Shown: positions 1 through 8,115, counted from the stretch's first letter. The stretch is DNA of 12,661 nt from Octopus sinensis (GCF_006345805.1 NW_021826536.1:1-12661); one strand, 5' to 3'. Program-made: numbers and translations. The notes: a model not told the origin generated them from the sequence alone.

Positions 1-2
1 TT

Positions 3-290
3 CATGTATGTATGTATATGTGTGTACGTATGAATGTATTTATGTATGTATGTATGTATTTATGTATATATGTATGTGTGTATGTATGTATGAACGTATG
101 CATATATGTATGTAAGTATGTATGTAGGTATGTGTGTATGTATGTAAGTATGTATGCATGCATGTATGGATGTATGTATATACGTGTGTATGTACTTATG
201 CATGTATGTATGTATGTATGTATGTATGTATGTATGTATGTATGTATGTATGTATGTATCATGTATGCATGGGTATGTATATATTGTGTG
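3..290. repeat. (TATG)n tetranucleotide microsatellite
   Basis: Long run of tatg units, degenerate at both ends; explains the MYVC/IHTY ORFs. Confidence 0.97.
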
Positions 291-353
291 TATTACAGCA
301 CTTCTCTACCTTCCCCCCTCGTTCCACCTCTGCCTCTGCGTATGCATATGTGC

Positions 354-356
<3 letters not shown>

Positions 357-407
<51 letters not shown>

Positions 408-452
408 ATGTGTGTGTGTGTGCATGTGTGTGTCTATGTCTATGCGTGTGTG
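357..452. repeat. (TG)n microsatellite
   Basis: Near-pure tg run. Confidence 0.97.
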
Positions 453-529
453 TATATACATATTCCGGCATGTCATTGCCTGAGCAATTTTTCCCGGCAG
501 AATAATCGACACTAGATCAACAGATATTG

Positions 530-1402
530 ACATAGCTGTTAGCCGCACGTAACTAAGGACCTTCTAAGTGGTTGCGCTATACGCTAGAAATAACAGTCAA
601 ATCTCACCGTGCCATCTCAGTCAAAACAAGAACAATATCAATGCGGTTCTAACATAAATACCCTATATCTAAGTCTGCCGCTACCTTCCGAGTTCAAATT
701 CCGCCGAGGTCGACTTTGCCTTTCATCCTTTCGGGGTCGATTAAATAAGTATCAGTTACGCACTGGGGTCGATGTAATCGATTTAATCCCTTTGTCTGTC
801 CTTGTTTGTCCCCTCTCTATTTAGCCCCTTGTGGGTAGTAAAGAAATAGGTATTTTGTCTGCCGCTACGTTCTGAGTTCAAATTCCACCGACGTCGACTT
901 TGCCTTTCATCCTTTCGGGGTCTATTAAATAAGTACCAGTTACGTACTGAGGTCGATATAATCGACTTAATCCGTATGTTTGTCTTTGTTTGTCCTCTCT
1001 GTGTTTAGCCCCTTGTGGGTAGTAAAGAAATGGGTATTTCCTCTGCCGCTACGTTCTGAGTTCAAATTCCGCCGAGGTCGACTTTTCCTTTCACCCTTTC
1101 GGGGTCGATTACATAAGTACCAGTTACGCACTGGAGTCGATGTAATCGATTTAGTCCCTTTGTCTGTCCTTGTTTGTCCCCTCTATGTTTAGCCCCTTGT
1201 GGGCAATAAAGAATTAAATACCCTATGTCTAAATGAAATGACGGGCTGTCATAGTCGAGTCAAGGTTAATCAAGAGCTAAACTCTAGCAACATTAGTGTC
1301 TGTAGTCCTAGATGGACTATGCCGCAGACGGGATGGTCGCACAAGAAACCCTTCCTACCATAAGTCTGCCTGGATCAGGACTGACCGGGGTTAAACAACA
1401 AC
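530..1402 (+). mobile_element. Old dispersed SINE-like repeat, split by the SINE trimer (pieces ~530-654 and 1233-1402)
   Basis: Motif ctagaaataacagtcaaatc (~586-603) recurs near 4360 and inverted near 5760-5775. ggatcaggactgaccggggtta (1372-1393) recurs inverted at 3324-3346. Ends in an aacaac tail. Boundaries approximate. Confidence 0.55.
673..1214 (+). mobile_element. Tandem trimer of a 5'-truncated tRNA-derived SINE (units 673-856, 857-1040, 1041-1214)
   Basis: 184-bp period. Each unit keeps the B box gagttcaaattcc and matches the full-length copy at 9031-9261. Flanked by an 18-bp direct repeat taaataccctat(a/g)tctaa at 655-672 and 1215-1232. Confidence 0.93.
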
Positions 1403-1470
1403 TACAGTCACTAATCCTAACTATTGGGTTGTCTGGAAAGTTCGTGCCGATTTTTTAGGAAAGAAAAAAG

Positions 1471-1892
1471 GTCAATAAATACTTGCCATTACATTTTTAA
1501 TCAACCAAATATGAACCATTTTGTTGCACAATGCGTCTCCATCTTACCCTTAACCTGAAAATACCCTCTTCCCAGAATTGAGGTGGTTTCATGGCAAAGA
1601 ATTCATCAAGGTCAATAAATACTTGCCATTACATTTTTAATCAACCAAATATTAACCAATTTGTTGCACAATGCGTCTCCATCTTACCCTTAACTTGAAA
1701 ATACCCTCTTCCCAGAATTGAGGTGGTTTCATGGCAAAGAATTCATCAAGGTCAATAAATACTTGCCATTACATTTTTAATCAACCAAATATGAACCATT
1801 TTGTTGCACAATGCGTCTTCATCTTTCCTTTAACTTGAAATTATACCCTCTTCCCAGAATTGGGGTGCTTTCATGGCAAAGAATTCATCAAG
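1471..1892. repeat. 3 x 140-bp tandem repeat of the mariner transposase 3' end
   Basis: Copies at 1471-1610, 1611-1750 and 1751-1892 (142 bp). On the minus strand copy 1 reads EEGIFRLRVRWRRIVQQNGSYLVD*. Confidence 0.96.
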
Positions 1893-2090
1893 GTATCTTT
1901 TTACGTCATCCAAAGAATTGAAAGTTTTACCATTAAGAGTATTCTGCAGAGACCTGAATAAGTGGAAATCCGAAGGAGCAATATCTGGTGAATATGGAAG
2001 GTGGGGTAACACATCCCAGCCGAGCTGCAGCAATTTATTGTCTGGTTCCCAAAGCATGAAGTACCGAAAATGAACTTTCTTATCTTCCAT
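1830..2090 (-). pseudogene. Mariner transposase remnant (N-terminal 14-15 aa fused to C-terminal catalytic part)
   Basis: MEDKKVHFR start joined to KLLQLGWDVLPHLPYSPDIAPSDFHLFRSLQN, containing the YSPDxAPSD motif with the third catalytic Asp of D,D34D mariners. Confidence 0.95.
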
Positions 2091-2323
2091 TTTAAAGGGT
2101 TACAGAATTAACACAGGTTATAGGAACATTAAACCTTCTTCCACGAAAAGATAGCTTAAACTGTGCTCTAAATGGAGGTGTAGTCAAATCCTATTTTATG
2201 AACTCAGCCACGTTCTAACATAAGTCGAAAGGTAAGCTACTATAAAGCGGCACGAACTTTCCGGAGAACCCAATACTATACAACACATTAGACAAGGCAG
2301 TCCTAGATACACAGTGACTGAAT

Positions 2324-2696
2324 GGAAGCACTCCGTCGGTTACGACGACGAGGGTTCCGGTTGATCCGAATCAACGGAACAGCCTGCTCGTGAAATTAAC
2401 GTGTAAGTGGCTGAGCACTCCACATACACGTGTACCCTTAACGTAGTTCTCGGGGAGATTCAGCGTGACACAGAGAGTGACAAGGCCGGCCCCTTGAAAT
2501 ACAGGTACAACAGAAACAGGAAGTAAGAGTGAGAGAAAGTTGTGGTGAAAGAGTACAGCAGTGATCACCACCATCCCCTGCCGGAGCCTCGTGGAGCTTT
2601 TAGGTGTTTTCGCTCAATAAACACTCACAACGCCCGGTCTGGGAATCGAAACCGCGATCGTATGACCGCGAGTCCGCTGCCCTAACCACTGCCTCC
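2324..2696 (-). mobile_element. tRNA-derived SINE, second family
   Basis: Minus strand begins with a tRNA-like head (A box ..agtggttagggcagcgg, B box ggtttcgattccc), followed by a CpG-rich body. Family name not assigned without a Dfam search. Confidence 0.85.
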
Positions 2697-2939
2697 ACAT
2701 TCTGACCCATACTGCCATGCTTACACGCCATTTAGTTGCTCATCTCCAGCAGTTCCCGTTTTTAATGGCAAATAATTGTAAAACAGGGGGGAAAAAACAG
2801 AAGCCAGATTTTATTTCTGTAACATTTGAAGTTGTCGTCCCTGAGTTTTTGTCACCCATGACCCTTAAATGTTTGTTTTTGTTTTGTTTTTCAATCACGA
2901 AAAAATATCCGTTTGCTCTTAGCTCCCTTCAAGACTTAC

Positions 2940-3061
2940 GTCTCGTCTTCGAAAGCTTTTGAACTAATCTAGAAATCTCTACGTTTCTCGATGGTTTCTT
3001 GGACAAATACTTCCTTGATACCACCGCATCCAGTTTCCGTTGCTGCGAGTTCCACTTTGAT
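2940..3061 (-). other. Possible isolated 122-bp exon
   Basis: Minus strand tttcatAG|A...AC|GTAAGT with one open frame (SKWNSQQRKLDAVVSRKYLSKKPSRNVEISRLVQKLSKTR). No homology recognised. Confidence 0.25.
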
Positions 3062-3321
3062 CTTATGAAATATAATGGCTCGAATTTTGCACCCACCACC
3101 ACCACCACCACACCCATCCCCACACTAACCCCTCCATCTTGCATCTGACAGTCTAAACTAAACGACTATTTACAGCGAAACCAATACCATTAGAAAAAAT
3201 CGATAGACCTAAATAAGAAGAAAAAAGGTCCATTCCAAAAGAAGCATCAATGTTTAAAATAACGAAAAACGAGGCAATTGTTTGGGCACCAATCTGTTAA
3301 TTTTCTTTGTTATGGTTGCTA

Positions 3322-3447
3322 TATAACCCCAGGTCAGTCCTGATCCACCAGGCCTATGATCAAAGATGAACCATTCGAAATTAAGCGTCTTTATTGAGAT
3401 AGAATATTTAGAACTACGTTATCTGAAATGTCCTTCTTTTAAGGGAA
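3322..3447 (-). mobile_element. Fragment of the same old repeat as 530-1402, inverted
   Basis: taaccccaggtcagtcctgatcc (3324-3346) is the reverse complement of 1372-1393 with one extra base. Confidence 0.65.
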
Positions 3448-3477
3448 TAATCTGACAAATATTTCACAAATGTTGAA

Positions 3478-3600
3478 GGCGCAGGAGTAGCACATGGTTC
3501 TGGGTTCATTCCCACTGCGTGGCACCTTGAGCAAGTGTCTTCTACTATAGCTTCGGGCCGACGAAAGCTTTATGAGTGGATTTGGTAGACGGAAACTGAA
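3478..3600 (+). mobile_element. 5' half of a CORE-type tRNA-derived SINE (octopus OR2-like)
   Basis: Matches 9800-9950 with a deletion in the head; CORE-like gtggcaccttgagcaagtgtcttctactatagc. Runs into a (TA)n tract and the 3' half is not seen. Confidence 0.88.
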
Positions 3601-3645
3601 ATATGTTTATATGTGTATATATGTATGTATGTATGTATATATATA

Positions 3646-3724
<79 letters not shown>

Positions 3725-3736
3725 ATACATATTATA
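3601..3736. repeat. (TA)n microsatellite
   Basis: Direct inspection. Confidence 0.97.
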
Positions 3737-3862
3737 TTAAATTAGAGACAAAACCACTATTAGGCAAATCAAACAATGAAAAACTTAAGCCAATACATAA
3801 GATTATTTAATTTATATTATTTAATATATAACAAAATTATTAAAAAAATATAATTAATATAT

Positions 3863-3925
3863 CACTACGATCGTTTCATGGCTGTTAATTTCTTTAATTT
3901 TCAAGTCATAGTCATTCATCAGGTG
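3863..3925 (-). ncRNA. Minimal type I hammerhead ribozyme (opposite arm)
   Basis: Minus strand reads cac CTGATGA atgact...agccat GAAAC gatc GTA gtg. Predicted cleavage between 3866 and 3865. Confidence 0.86.
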
Positions 3926-3991
3926 GTTTAAATATTTATCTTGGCGAGGTTTAAACAATTGTTTAAACCTCGCCAAGATAAATATTTAAAC

Positions 3992-4055
3992 CACCTGATG
4001 AATGACTGCGACTCAAAAATTTGAAGATGTTAGCAGGCATGAAACGATCGTAGTG
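3992..4055 (+). ncRNA. Minimal type I hammerhead ribozyme
   Basis: Stem I CAC (3992-3994) / GTG (4053-4055); CTGATGA 3995-4001; stem II atg-a-ctgc ... gcag-g-cat; GAAAC 4041-4045; palindromic loop GATC; cleavage triplet GTA 4050-4052. Confidence 0.88.
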
Positions 4056-4276
4056 TGATATTAATTATATTTTTTTAATAAATTTGTTATATATTTAAAT
4101 AATATAAATTAAATAATCTTATGTATTGGCTTAAGTTTTTCATTGTTTGATTTGCCTAATAGTGGTTTTGTCTCTAATTTAATATAATATAATATTTTAC
4201 TATAAAATTGGATTCAATCCTAAATCTGATTTTTCCCTGTAAGTTTGGATTTTTTCCCTAATATTTATTATTAATT

Positions 4277-4342
<66 letters not shown>
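4277..4342. repeat. (TA)n microsatellite
   Basis: Direct inspection. Confidence 0.95.
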
Positions 4343-4345
<3 letters not shown>

Positions 4346-4452
4346 GTTGTTAGCCCGGCTAGAAATAACAACCAAATCCCCATCAGTTTACTAAAGGCTG
4401 TCTGAATATCATGGTAGATAAACAGTGCTGGAATGAAAGACGGAGAGGTCAC
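4346..4452 (+). mobile_element. Diverged fragment of the old dispersed repeat
   Basis: gttagcc...tagaaatacaaccaaatc...aaagacggagaggtc resembles 538-605 and 1326-1340. Confidence 0.45.
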
Positions 4453-4533
4453 ACCTGGAACGCCTCTAATCATGTTTCTGCTGCATCAAGTTCGGCTGTG
4501 GATAATAATGTCAGCGGTGATGTTATTGACAAT

Positions 4534-4682
4534 GGTGATGATGATGATGATGATGATCATCATCATCGGTCGCGTCGCTAGTGGAGGTCGTCGTCGTAGG
4601 GACGACGATGATGACAAAGATGCTGATGGAAGTGATGATAGTGACATTCCTGACGACGACGATGGTGGTGGTGGTGGTGATG

Positions 4683-4714
<32 letters not shown>

Positions 4715-4746
4715 GATGATGATGATGATGTTGATGATGATGATAA

Positions 4747-4777
<31 letters not shown>

Positions 4778-4879
4778 GATGATGATGATGATGATGATGA
4801 TGACGATGATGATGACGATGAGGATGATCATGATCATGGTCACGAAGATGATGATAGTAATGGTAATTATTATTATTAC

Positions 4880-4913
<34 letters not shown>

Positions 4914-5005
4914 CGGTGATAATGATGGTGGTGGTGGGGGTGAGAAGACGTGATGATAATGGCGGGGGTTGGGGATGTCGGGGGTGATGACGACGGCGAC
5001 GATGA
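4534..5005. repeat. (GAT)n-dominated trinucleotide tract with GAC/GGT/TAT variants
   Basis: Direct inspection; source of the poly-D, poly-M, poly-H and poly-I ORFs. Confidence 0.95.
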
Positions 5006-5071
5006 AACAGATAACGGCATCGCAATCACTAATGTTATCGCTGTTGCTGCTTAGCCCCGGGTCACTTTTCA

Positions 5072-5195
5072 ACCAGCAGCAGCAGCTGTAGCAGCAGCAG
5101 CAACAGTAGCAGTAGCAGTAGTAGTAGTAGTAGTAGTATAGTAGTAGTAGTAGTAGTTGTCTTTGTTCGTGTTGTTGTTGCTGTCGTTGTTGCGT
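5072..5195. repeat. (CAG)n / (TAG)n / (TTG)n compound microsatellite
   Basis: Direct inspection. Confidence 0.93.
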
Positions 5196-5271
5196 ATATA
5201 GCCTCGAGTCAGTCTTCACAGCGTAAGACCTTTGGCGCAGGCCAGGCTTGATCCTGCAGCCTCACGCTACG

Positions 5272-5280
5272 TAGCTGCTG

Positions 5281-5335
<55 letters not shown>

Positions 5336-5497
5336 AACTACTACTACAGCAACTACTCATAGTATTACTACTACTACTATTACTACTATTGCTGCTGCTG
5401 CCTTTACTACTACTACTACTATTACTACTACTATTACTACTACTATTGCTGCTGCTGCTGCTACTATAACTACTACTACTAATTCTACAGTAGTACT
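5272..5497. repeat. (CTA)n with (CTG)n interruptions
   Basis: Direct inspection. Confidence 0.95.
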
Positions 5498-5559
5498 ACA
5501 GTCGGGACATAATGCGCTCTCTCCAGGGACCTGCGTATTCTTGCATAACTTTAGGTTCT

Positions 5560-5566
5560 GGTGTTG

Positions 5567-5598
<32 letters not shown>

Positions 5599-5620
5599 GG
5601 TGGTGGTGCTAGTGGTGGTA
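5560..5620. repeat. (TGT)n(TGG)n microsatellite
   Basis: Direct inspection. Confidence 0.93.
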
Positions 5621-5729
5621 GAGGGGATGTCTCTCATGAGCGATCGCCGGTCAGCTGTGAAAGAAACCGAACCATAACCAATGACGTCCGGTCATACACC
5701 ACCTAATTCAATGTGCCCGTAAAAGAACA

Positions 5730-5785
5730 ACCCTGCAGGGTGAGATTTGAGGAAAATTTGGCAACTATTTCTAGCCAGTCAATCC
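5730..5785 (-). mobile_element. Inverted fragment of the old dispersed repeat
   Basis: Reverse complement reads ggctagaaatagttgccaaattttcctcaaatctcaccctgc, similar to 583-610. Confidence 0.5.
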
Positions 5786-5900
5786 ATCCTGAACATGCGC
5801 CTTCGACTGCAGCCCCTTTTGACTAACTATTTGAAATTCAGTACACAAGATTTGGGTAGAATCTTTTAGTTTTTGGGTATGAGTCCTCCAAGAGACACAC

Positions 5901-5980
5901 AATTGCCTAAGTGGTTAAGAGATTCGTTTCATGCCTCGAGATCTTCGGATCGATCCTTCTTTGTCTAACCTTCTATAGCA
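5901..5980 (+). mobile_element. Degenerate tRNA-like SINE head
   Basis: A-box-like tgcctaagtggttaag and B-box-like ggatcgatcc at SINE-like spacing. Confidence 0.35.
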
Positions 5981-6116
5981 TCAGATCGATCCGTGCCTTC
6001 TGACTGAAAATAATTGGATGAAAAGTATAGAGAATCGGTTTTATTATACCAGTAATTGAATACGAACATTCTTCTCTTACACTTAATGTATCACTTTTAA
6101 GTTATCTCTACAGGTA

Positions 6117-6453
6117 TTCTATTGAATTTAGACCCCTAAATTTAGAGCCCTAAATTTCTATAGAATTTAAAGCCCTAAATTGTTATAGAATTTAAAGCTT
6201 TACATTTCTATAGAATTTAAAGCCCTAAATCTCTATAGAATTTAAGTCTAAAATTTGGAGTCCTAAATTTTATATAGAATTTAAAGCCCTAATTTAGTCC
6301 CTACATTTCTATAGAATCTGAAGCCCTAAATTTCTACTGAATTTAGAGTCCTAAATTTCTCTAGAATTTAAAGCTCTAAATTTAGAGCCCTAAATTACTA
6401 TAGAATCTCAAGCCCTAATTTAGAGCCCTAAATTTCTACAGAATTTAGAGCCC
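6117..6453. repeat. Minisatellite of 25-bp units (gaatttaaagccctaaatttctata) interspersed with 13-14-bp units (aatttagagccct)
   Basis: tagaattta recurs at 6161, 6186 and 6211 (period 25), with the shorter subunit in between. Confidence 0.92.
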
Positions 6454-6615
6454 AGCAGTAAAGGTTACGCCGTTCCGTATACAATGTGATCGAAGACAGA
6501 CGTATTTGTATACGAAACATAAGAACTTAAATTCAATAGAAAAGCAGTTGAAATAACTTAAATGTGATTAAATCGCACTGCTAACACAGCTTGCATTCAG
6601 TTTTGACTTATAAAG

Positions 6616-6955
6616 GGCAATTTCGTACTTAAAAAGATTGTATCAATCTATCTTTCGTTTTCATTCTTGACTATAGTTGGTATGCAACATCAACTATGTA
6701 GCATATGTGGCGCACCTTGTCCACCACCACAAGGTCCCATCTGTCATCCTCTAGCACCTATCTGTTTGGATTGGGAAATCCCAGAGGATTATGCTAGTCT
6801 CTGATTACGTCGCTCCCTGCGGTTTTGCTCATACCACGTCTTGCCTCTCTCCAGCCCCCACTTTTCGCTCAGTTTCCAATGTAGCACTTTCACTACCTGA
6901 TAGTTTTGCTACAACTTGTAGTGATTTTGGGCAAGTCTATGGCATTCGTTCGTGA

Positions 6956-6959
<4 letters not shown>
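6616..6959 (-). mobile_element. Decayed R4/Dong-clade non-LTR retrotransposon fragment (post-zinc-knuckle region and RLE endonuclease)
   Basis: Manual minus-strand translation with stops and frameshifts: NITNECHRLAQNHYKL*QNYQVVKVLHWKLSEKWGLERGKTWYEQ / SETSIILWDFPIQTD / VLEDDRWDLVVVDKVRHICYIVDVA / KYEIA. This matches the R4/Dong pattern C..LAQ..YK.RHD.VA..LHW...WYEH.P...ILWD..IQTD...PD.V..DK. Confidence 0.9.

Positions 6960-7024
<65 letters not shown>
6956..7024. repeat. (TTA)n microsatellite
   Basis: Pure run. Confidence 0.97.
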
Positions 7025-7026
<2 letters not shown>

Positions 7027-7333
7027 GTTTGACTTTTGCTTTACATTTGTACGAGTTGACTCCAAGTCTCACCCAGACACCTCAAGAGACAACAAGTTAG
7101 AAGTTCATGTTGGTGTTATGCCTAGGGTGCCATATATTTGGTTTTGTACTTAGTGTTGTACTAGTAAATATCTAAAAAAAAACATACGAAAATTATGTTT
7201 GTTTTAAAACTTGAGATTACGTAGAAAGTATTTTGCGTAGGACATGAGCAGTTCCCATGAGCACTATCTTTTGAATTTCTGCCATTTCTGGGTTTCCTGG
7301 TATCTAAGTTAGGTAGCAATCAGCCCCTTTTGC

Positions 7334-7336
<3 letters not shown>
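7025..7336 (-). mobile_element. 5'-truncated R4/Dong retrotransposon 3' end (ORF C-terminus plus 3' UTR)
   Basis: 7336-7217 translates IAKGADCYLT*IPGNPEMAEIQKIVLMGTAHVLRKILST*, matching the R4/Dong terminal motif QK..L.GTA.ILRK.L. Flanked on both sides by (TAA)n. Confidence 0.92.

Positions 7337-7385
<49 letters not shown>
7334..7385. repeat. (TTA)n microsatellite
   Basis: Pure run. Confidence 0.97.
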
Positions 7386-7465
7386 GTCATCTATCCCGTT
7401 AAATTTTGGGTCGAGAAACAGGTATGCCTTTGGATATTTTTATATAAATTAAATTCAGAAATATA

Positions 7466-7550
7466 GATCGATCTGCTCTACTATAACACGTACTGCTCGA
7501 CGGTGCTCCAGTATGGACTCTTCTTCCTTCGTTGGTCAAATGCCTAAAAC
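7466..7550 (+). mobile_element. Degenerate SINE 3' tail fragment
   Basis: cggtgctccagtatgg...gtcaaatgcctaaaac resembles the tails at 9688-9725 and 10136-10175. Confidence 0.55.
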
Positions 7551-7826
7551 TAACTAGAACGAAAAATCGACTAAAAATAAACTGGCCGCCATTCCTTTAT
7601 TTGTGTTCAAGTGCGTGAGTCAGCACAGAAAATTATGTTCGGTTCTCAAGGAAAAGAAAAGAAATTTTGTCTGAAGAAAGATTTCCGCTCGAAGCGATTC
7701 ATACAAAGAGGTTTATGTTTGTTGGGTGCTGCTAAGTTTTGTAAAAAAATTTATTGCATTTTCATTCTCTATTTTAAACTTGCCAGTTCTCATAAAATGG
7801 GGGTTTTTATATATAACAGATTACGC

Positions 7827-7932
7827 ATGCATACATACATACATACATACATACATACATACATACATACATACATACATACATACATACGTACATACAT
7901 ACATACATACAAGCGTATATATATATATATAT
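7827..7932. repeat. (CATA)n followed by (TA)n
   Basis: Direct inspection. Confidence 0.96.
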
Positions 7933-8115
7933 TTGTATGTACTTTTATTGTTGCTTGCTTCAGTCATTAAGCATATCTATACATATATGTAATAAATGTT
8001 TACGGGTGTGTATGATGTGTATATGAATTCACACTTCACACTTCCTTACTCTTAACAGTTTTTAGGGTATATCTTCATATCAATAATTCATGTCCACCTA
8101 CTGTCTGTTAGAAAA

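Larger units (their letters stand above)
1424..2273 (-). mobile_element. Internally deleted mariner (Tc1/mariner) transposon, probably mellifera-like
   Basis: 30-bp TIRs at 1424-1453 and 2244-2273 (27/30 match), TA on both sides (1422-1423, 2274-2275), transposase remnants inside. Confidence 0.96.
3729..4190. mobile_element. 462-bp spacerless palindrome; likely inverted pseudo-LTR pair of a Penelope-like element (right side may extend to ~4270)
   Basis: Arms 3729-3958 and 3959-4190 centred on CAATTG (3956-3961). The inner 49-bp arms are perfect, the outer ~150 bp differ by 3 substitutions and 1 indel, and each arm holds a hammerhead motif. The palindrome is certain; the Penelope assignment is inferred from the ribozyme type. 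Confidence 0.8.

Noticed and set aside
2-548. ORFs of 70-167 aa on both strands
   Set aside because: Translations of (TATG)n and (TG)n, which lack stops in several frames.
1471-1892. Regularly spaced repeats resembling a CRISPR array (also 673-1214, 10463-11273)
   Set aside because: Contiguous tandem duplications with no unique spacers, in eukaryotic DNA.
2630-2696. tRNA-like sequence (also 9031-9120, 9800-9860)
   Set aside because: A and B boxes are present but run into SINE bodies without a complete cloverleaf; these are SINE heads, not tRNA genes.
4433-5612. Long poly-D, poly-H, poly-I, poly-M and poly-T ORFs
   Set aside because: Trinucleotide tracts open in many frames on both strands; no complex coding sequence.
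6677-6804. Apparent plus-strand terminal exon GMQHQLCSICGAPCPPPQGPICHPLAPICLDWEIPEDYASL* behind a good acceptor
   Set aside because: It is the antisense of the R4/Dong RLE region (ILWDFPIQTD...DLVVVDK), which explains the sequence better.
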